Source of the DNA: Balanoglossus misakiensis
Lineage: Eukaryota; Animalia; Hemichordata
Reading direction: 5' to 3'
Assembly (NCBI GenBank): GCA_040954595.2
Contig: CM082577.2
Span: 5,506,301 to 5,570,300, forward strand
DNA length: 64,000 nt
A program made the position numbers and the translations under genes. The notes under the pieces were generated by a model that searched no databases, was not told where the DNA came from, and was given only the letters and a program-made list of their open reading frames with translations. Position 1 is the stretch's first letter. Each line of letters starts with the position of its first letter. Of the stretch, positions 25,801-37,700 are shown piece after piece.

Positions 25801-27344
25801 TTTGCATCGGCGATGAATACAGGGACTTGCCCGACGTAAGTTTGTCAACCGCCCATTGCAGCCGGTTTGCGTATCGTAGCTTTTCCAGGCTAAAGATTCA
25901 ATATGCTACAAAACATTGGAAATTACGTTTATCTAGAAATTGCGGATGTTTCCAACAGTACCGCTAGCTCTGATTTGCAAATCAAAAGCCAGTTTGAGTA
26001 TTCGTTTTAAATGCCACCGACCGGGACAATCTATATTGTCTTGGCGAGAACACCCCAACGGGCCTACTACACATGCATATGTACAGAAAAGCGTTATTAA
26101 CCTTTCCTTTTTAGGGCTGCTTGAATGCCACTCTTGAAGACAGATATGTAGCTTATACCGACCCGGGTTTTTACTACGAGTCCACGTTTTTGAACGACCT
26201 CAACGATCCCTCTCGAGGTTTTCAGGAATTCTATGCCGACGATATTGAGCCAGCAGTACAGGCAAGTTATCCACATGCGCTTTTTAAAAAAAGAACATTC
26301 ACTGGTAATAATACAATTGTCCAAACAGTATTGGACCAGTTTAAAAAAAAACGAGTGTTTTGCCCGAGTAAATACTCGCAATATATATCATGAAAGCATT
26401 CTTTCCAATCGGCCAATTTTCAGAAAGATCAACTTGTTGGTCATGTAAGCTGAATTAAAGCCTATTCGATTTTGATCTTCAGTGCAGGATGTAGGCCTTC
26501 TGCATGGCAATGATGGCATGCCACAAAACTTGCCTATTAATTAATAATTCGCAATCAACTTTTTCAGAGTTTGGACAGTCACACGTACATCCACGACCAG
26601 GAGATACACCGGTCAACATTCACGAACCGGGCCTTGTCTGGCGAGGCGAGACTCTACACGATCACCAACGTCTTCAAGCTCATCAACCGAAATGAGCCCG
26701 AGGTGGAGCCAGAGCCAACTACGGCGCCGGCCCCAACAACGGCCGCGCCGGCCCCGACAACTGCCATCGTGCTCACGACATCGGGTGGAGGGAGAAGGAA
26801 GAGGGGAGCAGACGTTGACATTGTCGCTAAAAGAGATCTCGACGAAGCGACCAAATCTCCCCAAACTACGAGCCAGTTCTTCAAGTTTGCTGGATGTCCC
26901 GAAGACACGGTTTATGACGTCGCCAACAGGCACTGCGACTGCGTAGACCCACGCAAGGCCTACTCCGCCGACACTTTCAGATGTGAAAAAACTGAAAATA
27001 TTGACGACGACGACGACGATATCGTAAGTATATTTTTTGATCTGGCAGTGCATAAAACAAACTTGGCAAGCATTTAAAAATGCGGGCATTTTAGTTGAAT
27101 GTAGTCGTTTTCTGGACTTGTCAATACTGTGGGACTGGCAATATCCAATAAAATGTAAACTAATTTTTCCCCTGTGTATGCATGTGATACTTTTCCACGT
27201 TTTGAAGATTCTAATCCTTTTTTTATTGCCCCTCCGTAGGTCAAACCAGCGGATGATAAAGTCAGCTCCGCAATCAATATAACGGCGACAATAGTCGGTC
27301 TTATGACTAGTCTGATTACATCATTACTTTTCGTCATTGCTTGA
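19816..27344 (+). CDS. Uncharacterised secreted, probably GPI-anchored mosaic protein (~1035 aa): signal peptide, unknown domain, SRCR, fibrinogen-related domain, unknown (ZP-C-like?) domain, P/T-rich linker, RRKR furin site, EGF-like Cys cluster, GPI signal
   Basis: 16 phase-consistent exons: 19816-19981, 20549-20730, 21010-21154, 21268-21475, 21778-21876, 22099-22241, 22550-22675, 22861-23034, 23338-23636, 24054-24393, 24853-25020, 25212-25371, 25646-25835, 26115-26261, 26568-27023, 27240-27344 (3108 nt, no internal stop). SRCR motifs ANIICAEFG and LECTGSESNFGDC; FReD motifs PKSCHDY and VYCDMTRDGGGWTLV; hydrophobic end SSAINITATIVGLMTSLITSLLFVIA*. Confidence 0.85.
23214..23276. repeat. 20-bp inverted repeat (hairpin) in intron 8 of the mosaic gene
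   Basis: TGTAGCGGGTGCTGCTTGGT ... ACCAAGCAACACCCGCTACA; 19/20 complementary, 23-nt loop. Confidence 0.85.
26262..26567 (+). other. Non-canonical GC-AG intron
   Basis: CAG|GCAAGT donor in phase 0 joins to ttttcag|AGT; the nearby G|GTAATA alternative is out of phase. Confidence 0.7.
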
Positions 27345-27570
27345 ATTTCAGTCTGTCCGTGGTTAATGTAAATACAATGTTGTACATGTATATAAATTCT
27401 ACATTCTAAATTCTAAAAATAAAATCGTCGCTACTGCCCAGCGAAATTTTCTTTACAAATCCTCGTTTGTCGCTGTATATGCTTGCAATTCCAAAGTCGG
27501 ATCTGTTGAAATTTTGACAATTTTGCAATATGGTACTTGTCAGGCAATGTTGAATTTTTGGTTAAAAAAA

Positions 27571-27596
27571 TGTGTGTGTGTGCGCGCGCGTGTGTG
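27571..27596. repeat. (TG)n(CG)n alternating purine-pyrimidine tract
   Basis: TGTGTGTGTGTGCGCGCGCGTGTGTG between the convergent 3' ends of the mosaic gene and DNAH3. Confidence 0.8.
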
Positions 27597-28708
27597 GAGG
27601 GGGGGGGGTGTACACAATCATCTAGTCAACTTATTTTGGGATGCCTTTTATTAAAGACCTCAAAAATCCAATACATATACATTTGGCGTTCCACCACAAA
27701 GAAAATGGATAAAATAGTTGTCATACACTGCAACACTGCAGTAGTTCAATTAAAAAAAAATCCACACTTGTATTATTGTACATTGAGTATATACAATATA
27801 TATATATATTGCAAACGCATCACTAATACTCTAACAAAACGCACTGCCCATATGCTTCAATGTGTCCTGGAGTAAGAATAGCAGAAAATTTGGCAAAATG
27901 GAAGAAAAAAATTAACCCCCCCCCCCTCCTCAACACACAAACACTTAAATCATTTATTAGTGCTTTGTCGGATGCAAAACTATTTAAAAATCTTTCAGGT
28001 TAAAATTGGATTTTTGAATATGACACAAGGAACACTGCTTGCAGATTCTAAACGGAAGTGTTGTTGGACGGATGGGTTGGAAATGTTCCTTGGAATCACG
28101 GTTACTAGAAGAAGACGTGTTGGAATGTATCCTTTTAAGTAGCAGGAGAAATGACTGCATAACAATGAACTATGTAAGAATCTATTTGCATAAAATGTAA
28201 AGGAATAAACCAAACCAATCGCAGGCAACCTTGCCAAAGTGCAGTGGGTCACCTTGTAGAACAAAATCCTTGCACCCTGACAGGTATCAATCATACGGTT
28301 TTGACTAATGTCGATCACGTTGGATGGATTTGCATATGTCTGGAGCCGATTCTTTCATTGCCCACTCCACAAAATAGATTTACAAATATTAATGTTTAAA
28401 AATGTCACAAAAAATTATTTACAAGACATTGCTTTAGAAACACGCGCAAAAATTGTGATTTGTACCGTAATAATGAAAACGGCCGTAATATGCAGAGAAA
28501 ACAATTATACATTACGGAATGTGATATTTTGATGATGCCATCTCGAGTTTCTCTTTATTGATACACATGCACGCAAAGTTGGCATTCAAATTAAGGCACT
28601 GTAACTTTCAACAAATCTGGCCATATTTACATAAAATTTGCATATTTCCAAAATAAATGTCGTTCAGAGCAAAACTGTACGGTTGGAATACATCTTGTGG
28701 TTTTGTCA

Positions 28709-31700
28709 CTAATCATCCAGCTGACAGAGCATGGCCACGCCTCGGTTGACCCAGTGGCTCTGCGGTTTGTCGGACGGCAAGTCGACGTACATGACGAAAT
28801 TGGTGGAGTGACCGGTGGTGGACAGGATGCCTCGACGGGCGCTGGTCTTGTACACCGGTGTGGTGTAGGAGGGCATGGGTTTGAAGTCGGCCATCGCTCC
28901 CGGTTTCAGCCAGATCTGTTGTAACGGTCGAGTCAAGGTTTAATAAATGATTGCATTCAACAAGATTTGGTGGGGAAAAATAAAGCAGTGCTGAGATGAT
29001 CATGAACGATAGGTGTAGTTTGAAAAATAGTCTGAAAAAGATTAGGAGGCACGTTTCTATGCCATAATACAATGTACAGTGTATACAGTGGACATGAACA
29101 CATTCATACACACACACACACACATGCTAAACACCAATACATAATGTGCACACAAACTTGAGACATTGTAAAAGGATACAATTGGCACAGAATCAAAGAG
29201 AATCTTGGGCAATGATTCTCCTAAGACTTTGGTTTCTCGGTCCCATCTACACCCTTCCAGAAACAAACCCTGCAGTAGGAAACATAATAGTTACAGTGCA
29301 TGAATACACTTGTATATTTAATGTAATAACTTTCAATCATGTCTGTGGCAAGATGCTTTGAAAAAAAGAATTACAAGATCTCCACTCTTAATTTTTCAAT
29401 TTTGAACTACACTCGACTCTGTAAATGTTCAAAGTGGGACGATGTACCCGAAACCTCCTCTGTAAGAGCAACAAATGGCCATGTGCCACATGACAACCAT
29501 GTGGAGGTCACATGACTTGCCGCACCCAATCAACACCTGGATAAAAGACACAAAGTTGCAAACCTTTACGAAAGCACCATCATCAGGTTTGTAGCCCATT
29601 TCATCTTCTTGATCCGTCACCTCGAATTCAAATCCCAGATGGTCAATTGGGATGGTGTATTTTCTGGCGTAATTCTGACGAACACCTTAAATAGACAAAC
29701 GCAGAAAAACAATATTTTCACTGATCTTCAGTTTGTTGTCATAATAATTCTTCTCAGGTTAAAGACATGACATCTGTACTGGTAATTATTGTCTTTGCAG
29801 TCTCTATGCGTTGATGGGTACCCTTGGCAACTTACCAGTCAAGAAAGACTGAGTGAAATAGAAACCAGACAACCAGAAGACCTGTGGTGGTCCATTGTCG
29901 ATCCAATCCTGCAAGAACTTCAATCTGAGACAAAGGAGAGGAACATTTTATCTCAATATGCATCAAATACTTATAGAGGACACTGTTTTCTGGACAACTC
30001 ACTCTATTAGTCTATAATGCAGAGGTCTTTATGGTCTGTGGATTTTAAAAAAATTCCATGGAAACATAAAATAAAAGAGAGGAAAAACTCAAACAAACCT
30101 CGCGAGGAAGTCAGTGACGTAACTGCCCAGCGGTTTGAGGGACGGGTACGACTTGGCCGCCCACATGGCCGGCACTTTGCCGATCAGCATACTGTTGAAG
30201 ACGTCCTCCAGCTCGGCTGACATCAACACCAGACCCTTGATGGCTTTGCCCATGTTCTGCAGACTGGTTCGGATCACTTTGATCAGTCGGTTGAACCGGA
30301 TCAGCTCCTGACGCAGCACCGTGTTCATGGATTCGTTGTACAGCACCGGGTATTTCTCCATCACCTTTTCCATGTCGTAATCCTTGGGCAGCTTCCCCAG
30401 GATGTCCAGGGCCAGCTCTTCGATGATCTCCTGGGAGGACTTGCCGCCCCCGCCCGACTGTCTGGGTTGCGTCAGCAGAATGCTGTCAAACAACTGCGCA
30501 AACAGACACAGAAGGAAGGAACATTAATGGACAGAAGTAAATTTAAGTGCCATCTTGCTGAGTTCTTTATCAGTCTCAGTAAAAACTCAAGATTTTTTCC
30601 CCCATTTGAAATCTTCACACACCAGAGTTGCCATAACATGCACCGCCCTCTATAGTGCAGTTGGTCAGACGTCAATATCTAGCACTTACCTGCTGCGTCT
30701 CCTGGTTGTCCTTGGTGATGTCGGCATTCTCGTGAAGCCCGAAGACCTCCGGGTGTGGGATCATGGGCAACGACCGAATGTAGTCCACGAAGTTCTGATG
30801 CTTGCCGGGCAACGGGACGTAGTAGTTGCCGCTGGGAGACACCCTATGGAGACAGAAACAGAGAAGTTGTAGAGTGACAGTTCGTTCAATCATCAGTGTT
30901 GCATATACACATGCAAGCATGCACGATAATGCTTGTACACACACACACACACACACACATCCACACAAACTATATCGTATGACAATGTAACACATGTACA
31001 TGTAGTAGGATTTATTTCTGTATACCTTAAAATCTTATAACTCTGCAATTCTACTGCTCGTTTTACATCACAAACTGGAGCCAAATCTATTGTCCAACTT
31101 CATTTACCCCCCCCCCCCCCCAATCCACCTGCGACAAGAAGACAAGTGAAGATCAAAAGGGAGAAAAAATAACCAGACTTACTTGTATTTATCTGTCACA
31201 AGCAGATCCTCCTGGTAGAAGATAGACAGCAAAGACATGAGAAGACGTCTGTCCTTATCATCTGTGACCCTGCCGCCGTAGTTGCATTCTCCAGTCAAGT
31301 ACGTCAGTGCGGCCAGGGGAACCTCTTCGTAATCGTTGATGAACATCTGTCACAGATATGAAAGCAAACACGTTTAAGTATTCATGTCTTTGATTTCTGG
31401 GCGCAGGATTAATTCTTGTTTCCTCTTCCTATAAAATCAAGTTGCTTCAGGTGCTATTAAAATCAAACCAGAGACACGTTGTGGAATTGACGGATTGAAT
31501 CTAATCTCCTGACCGAGATGACTGACTCAAAGCAGTGACATGTGTTCACTCTCCTCCACATCAACTTGGAGATTCAATGAATGTTACTCTACCTGGAGTT
31601 GCTTCATGCTGATTCGCTGATCTGACTCGTTGAATTCATACGGAATATTCCAGCCCAGGGGACCAAACTTTCTCCTCTCCTGCACCATGGCATGGAAGAA

Positions 31701-34700
31701 ACACAGACCGAACAGCATCTTCTGCCATTTTTCAGGCTGGATGGGAGGAAAGAAGCATGGCCTTATTTTAGTCGTGAAATTTTTATCCCATAAGACACAA
31801 ACTGTGCCACAGTCAAATCAAATCTCCTTTGCAGGAACTCTCAATTCTCCATTTTTTTTTACAGTGTACGCACACATAACATAACTTCTTACCTTATTTG
31901 AACTATTGAAAAATTCCGGATCTGATATAGGATCATTCAGGTAAGACCTGATCAGATTGGCTCGCAGACCCTTTGGAGGTTCATTGGTCATTTTGACGCC
32001 TGTGGAAAATGTATCAACCACAAATTCAGTTTCAACTAATAGACAAGGCAAAGACTTCAGCTGTGTGTGAGTCGCAAGAGGGCCCTCTGCGGCAATATAC
32101 TTCATCACTGGTACATGATGAGTCGATCTCTATCACTGAAATGTCCTGTAATATATGGCTGATTCAAACCAATAAATGCATAAGCTGAGAGAGAATGATT
32201 TATTCACATTCTATCAAACAGTCTCCATCTAGCACACACACAGCCTTTGTTAAAATAAAATCTGACATAAATTTACCGTTTTGCAAAATGGAGACCGGGA
32301 AATCCTCGGAGGGGTAACTGGTGAGCCAGAGACGGAATTCCTTGTGAGTGTTTTCCGGCGTGATGCCCTCCTCGCAGATCTTCTCCAGCTTGGGCATCCA
32401 GCTGGTTGCCAAGTGGCAATTCTGCAGCACCACCCAGGTGCCCTCCACGATGGCCTTGTCGATCATGCGGGCTGCGATGGGCCCCTGCCCTTGCCCCAGT
32501 GATATGGTCTGGATCTTGTTGCCTCCTTGCCCCTCGTCCTCCGCGAACTTCAGCAGCCCGGCCATCGGGTCGGCGCCTGGCGACAGAACGAAGATGAGCG
32601 GCGAGCAGCAGTTGGAGTCGGAGAAGCTGCCCATGAGGTCGAAGGTTGGCGGCTCGATGTACGTCTGGCCGATGTTGTTGACGATGTACTCGGCCACGGC
32701 CGGGACGATCTTGTCCGGTCGCAGGCAACGCAGGATGACCATTCTGTCCAGCCCGTCCACAGTGTCCCACGGCGCCGGATATTTGGACGTGTGCGGAGTT
32801 TGGGAATCGTAGACTTTCTTCCAGCTCTCCGTGTCTTCTTGGAAGCCTAACAAGAAAGATGCACAATAATACAATGACTAACATGAGCTGATAAGAGAAG
32901 CAATACCAGCTGGCAGACCCCAGTTTGACTTGGCCCAGTTAAAGGCAGAGTCAATTGGACAACATTTTAGAAACGGCTGTTTTTGTGTCAAAAATTTAGC
33001 TATGGTACCTCTGCATGCTGCTTTGCACTGAACTGAAAGTTGACTTACTCTCAAATAGTCCACTGAGCGGCTTCAGGTTGGAGGCTCTCACAAGCTCTGA
33101 CCAGGACTTATCGCTAAGCCACTCTGGACACGGATTAGGATGGGGATTTTCTAAGGCCACTCCGCCAGTCAGTAGAAATCTCCAGGTCTCCTCCTCGACC
33201 TGTCCTCTGCAAAGAGACAAGACATCATCAAATGAGGTGACAAGTTAAATTTTACTGTCAAGACAATGACGATGAAACTGATGACAACGGTGAGGATTAC
33301 TCTTCCTGTTAATTTCTTGAACCCCTTGTGAGACCTCCAAGATGCTCTTACCTTGCTTTCAGAATACCAATGCCAAGTACAAAGGAAAACAGGAGCTTGT
33401 CTTTCTCAAATAACGACCTGCAGACGTTTCTGTAGATACTCTCTGTGAAATGTTCATTGAGATTCTCAATTCTTTCCTCTAAGTCAGCAGACTTCTTGCT
33501 GTTCAGGATGGACTGTAAAGGGCACACAAAATTACAGTTATTGTCACTGTACTCTCATTTTGGTGAGAATTGTTGCGTACACATGCGATGTACAGTCACA
33601 CTGTAGGTTTAGTTAATCCACCAAGGTATTCTAACACTACACTAGATAATGGGCACGATTAATGAGGTTAAAATCTGAATGAGAATATTCTGGGAACTCT
33701 CAACCAAATCAAATAGTGGAAAAGTATGCCTCACCTGGAGGTAGAGGTTTATGAACCAAATCAGTGAATACTGGTACATGGGTTCAATGTTGGCCAAGTC
33801 GGAGATGCAGAAAAACAAAATGGCGGAATGAATCGCCACTGGTTTGTATCCATTACGGGTTGCATCAATCTCGGCTTCTGTTGCTGAGGCAATTTCCTGG
33901 TAAAGAAAGAGAAATAACGAAACAATTACTGACTAGAAATATTAAAACAATTGTATTCTTTCTGATTATAAAACTTGTTTGAGTCTATCATTTGTTTACA
34001 TGTTATCAACAAGAACTGTGTACAATTTGTAAAACACTGACCTTAGATATTTGATGATGAAATTGTCACAATCAGTGCACTTAACTGTGATATCTTTGAT
34101 CAGACAAAATTCCCATGTTGTAATGAAATTTGACTTTGAAATCCACCAATGCCATGGCAACAGTAGAAAGAGCTTTTTACCTGTTTAGCGCTGATCTCCT
34201 CGGAAAGCGTCTTGGACGACGACAGAATCTGAATAGCGGTTTCATCCTCCAGGATGTTTCCCTCGGACGAAGACAGAACCTCCAGGATTTTGTCCTCGAT
34301 CTCCTTCAGCTGCTTCTTGTTGGCCGCGCTCTCCAAGATCAACTGGTTCTTCTTCTCCTCCAGCTCCGGTTTTTCTTTGGCAGCGACGATTCCCAGCAGC
34401 TGATCTTGCAGACCCAGCGGCGTGATCATGAAGTTGAGCAAGGTCACCTTGACGGAAATCTCCGGTAAATAGTGGGGGTTCCTCAGCCGCGTCGTGATGT
34501 AGAACTTGAAGTCACGCGAGTATTCAATCAGGTTCTCACCAAGACGAAGATACTGGAGGGTCAAAGTGAAACCGGAGATTTGGTCAGAGAAGCTGGTCAA
34601 ATTTGCAAGATTTATCTCAGTGTACATCCTGTTTACAATTGGCAATTTATATTGTGTTAAAGAAATTTCTCAGTTACTTTTAAAAGGTTACTACTTAACC

Positions 34701-37700
34701 AGAAAATTACTGAAAACCAGAAAAGTGTAACTTGCTGAGGACTTACCTCAACTCCCTGTTGTTTGAATGTCTGTTTGAGCAGCACAGGTTCCAGAATGGG
34801 GTCCAACTCCTCCCCGACATTCTCCAGCAAGACCGGAGTTCCGAACTGGATGGAATTTTCCAGAGTTCTCACGTAGTTTGCGTCGGAGAGTTTGATGATG
34901 GATAGTTTGTTGGCCTTCTCCATGTTCTTCACCCATTTGTTGGCTTGACCTGATGAGTGGAGGGGGGGGGGGGGCATGTTAGATTGTTACTACGGCAAAA
35001 GATTATCAAGAGGACAGTTTAGAAAACAAAGAAAAATCTCCTTTTCCTCACTATTGACAATTGAATGAGATGTGCTCTTCTCTGATACCAAAGTACTGTG
35101 TTTAAATTCGCAAGATGTTCACACAGGCACATGTACTAGGCTGCTTGCAAAACCTGTCCAGGAACAGGGAAAATTTTATTACAATGTATTTGACAATAAA
35201 ATGCAAACTCTTACCTTGTGGATCAATCATCAATGGCCATCTCCTGGCGTTGTCCACAATGATTCCGTTATCGATGGAGAAGGAGTCCACCGGCAGACCG
35301 GCAATCTGCCAGGCTCGGATCTTGACGGGCTCTCCCAGCGTGGCACTGACGGAGAACGTTTCCGAACACGGGATCTTCTTCTCCTTGCACAGCTGCACCC
35401 ATTTCTCCGTGGCTCTCTGTTGAACGCAGTGGAACATGAACAGTTGGAGATTGGACGTTGGAGTATGATTTTTGTTACGTCATGTAGAAAACAGTGAGGC
35501 ATGTGGGGGAGGGAGGGGGGGGGGTTAAAATACAAACACCAACAATGCTTGCATTTTCTAAACACCAGTTGAATTTTTCAAATATAGATTTTCTGTACAC
35601 ATTCTGTAAACAGAGTAAAAAAACCTAGTACTTAAGGTGGCAAGAATTCCAACCAACCTGTCTGAAATCCACGGTGAAAGCACCAAGATAGGCAACGAGT
35701 CCCGACGACACCAGCACATCCCCGGTAATGTTGATGTACAGCTCTCCCAGCATTTTGGCGGCATCGCTCCAACGATCCTTCTCGCCTCCGAGCCCGTTGA
35801 TCAACTTCTCGGCTCGGACCAACTTCTGAGAGCACACCTCGATGTTCTCTTCCAGCTCTTTCTTCTTGGCCATCATGACTTCGAACTCTTGGTTCAGCGC
35901 GTCCAGCTTGTCGGTGACCTCCTTCAGCTGGGCTTGCTTGATTTTCAGTTTGCCCATCTGTTCGGCCAGTTCGGCTTGCGCCTCGGCTAGCTTGGCCTTC
36001 TTGGGCGCCACTACCTGTAGAATGTGATAGAGAGAGAGAAAAGACAATTCATAGGATTTGTTGGACCATTCATGAGTCTGCTGGACCACTCACATCTTTA
36101 AGGTGATTTTGGACTTACATGAAAGTGATTACCCAGGACCAAATCTGAGGTAAATCGAGAGTCCATACGGTCTTTATCAGGAAACAAATTAAAGTGTGAT
36201 TGGTTTTTTTTCAGCTGTATACGCCAGATCCATAACCTGATAGCTGTAATACATGATGATCACGGACGCCAAAACTACAACAGGGCAGGGGCGGAGATAC
36301 AGGTGCACCTTACCTTCGCAACTCTGTCGTACACGTCCATCGCTCGCACCCACTTGCACAAACCTTCGCAAGCGGTGGACACGTTTCTGATGACGGCTGG
36401 GTCAAATTCAGGGTTGGTCACGTACCTGTGGAAGACACAATCGAGAAGAGTTATCACATGATCATCACATGATAATCACATGCATACTCAACCACACAGA
36501 CAAGACTGCAAACCGAGTGGACCAGTCCGAACTTACTTGTCTCGAATCTTCTTGATGTAGGCCGGCGGGATATTGTCCTTGTCGTAGACTTTGAGACTTT
36601 CCAGAAACTTCATGTCACCGAGAACCTTCTGAGAGGGACCCCAGAAATCCTCCACCATCTTGCCGGAACCGGACGGATCCGGTTTGCGGTCCGGCTTGAT
36701 GCCCTTCATGATGCAGATGGCTTCCATGACCAGCTTGACACCGGAAGGTGGATTCTATGGAAACAACAAGGAAACAACTGTGTCAACACTCACAGTTTGC
36801 CGTATCTTCTTTTGGTTTTTCCAGATGGGAATCACTGGCAAGTGGACCGCCAAGCAGAACAGATCTATAGTTTTGATTTTAACTCAAATGGCATCAAATC
36901 TGGATGTCAGTAAATGCCTTTATTTCCTTTCTAGTGGAAGATTTATTCAGAAATACCGCCAGAAAGAAAATGTACTCCAGTGATTGACACATCAGGAAAG
37001 ACAGGTCCTGGATCCTTGACGAAGAAGCGTGCAGTTTCTCTGTTTCACACATGTGTACTGGTACATAGTCTTATCAATGATGCTGCATGCTCACATGAGA
37101 CCAGATAGGCTTTACAGCTGTCAAAATATTAGTAGAGCACGAGCAATATCTTACTTGGTATTCCAAACACCACTGCCCATGTTTTCACTAAGGGTGGGCA
37201 GCAGGGGTCGATACACTCACCTTCATACTTTTGACCATGGAGATATCACTCGGTTTGAGTGTATTCAGGGCCTGGATGGAGGCTTCCAACGCCGGCAGAG
37301 CTTCTGCTAAGTCACTCTCGCATTCATTCTTGATCCCCTCGGCCACTTTAGCTGCTTCGTTAGCGACAGCTTCATCAGCTGATACCACCTGTTGCAGACG
37401 ATATCAATTATCAATTTAACGTGGCAATCGTGGTGAAAATCTTGAATATCAGCATTTTGACTCTTAATTACATGTAGTCCCCACAGATATAGTCTGGAGG
37501 ACATATAAATAGGGTTCCATCTTATCTGGAGCCATATATACCCATGCCCAAACTGATATCATTCAAATTTGTCATGAGGAAAATGTACCATACAGAGCAC
37601 ATGTGCATGTTAATTGTGCTATGACATGATCCAACATGGCTGAAATCTGGTGGCCATTTTGTTTATCATGCTTGGGACTAGGGCGCAGACTGAAAGTTTG

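Noticed and set aside
26613-27089. 158-aa antisense ORF over exon 15 of the mosaic gene
   Set aside because: Shadow of a GC-rich Pro/Thr/Ala-coding exon.
32273-32884. Several 100-200 aa alternative-frame and antisense ORFs over DNAH3 exons (also 34130-34468, 35637-35990, 56559-57038)
   Set aside because: Shadows of GC3-rich dynein codons, confined to exons, with no recognisable motifs.
36451-36482. Three tandem ATCACATG units
   Set aside because: Short slippage repeat with no evidence of function.
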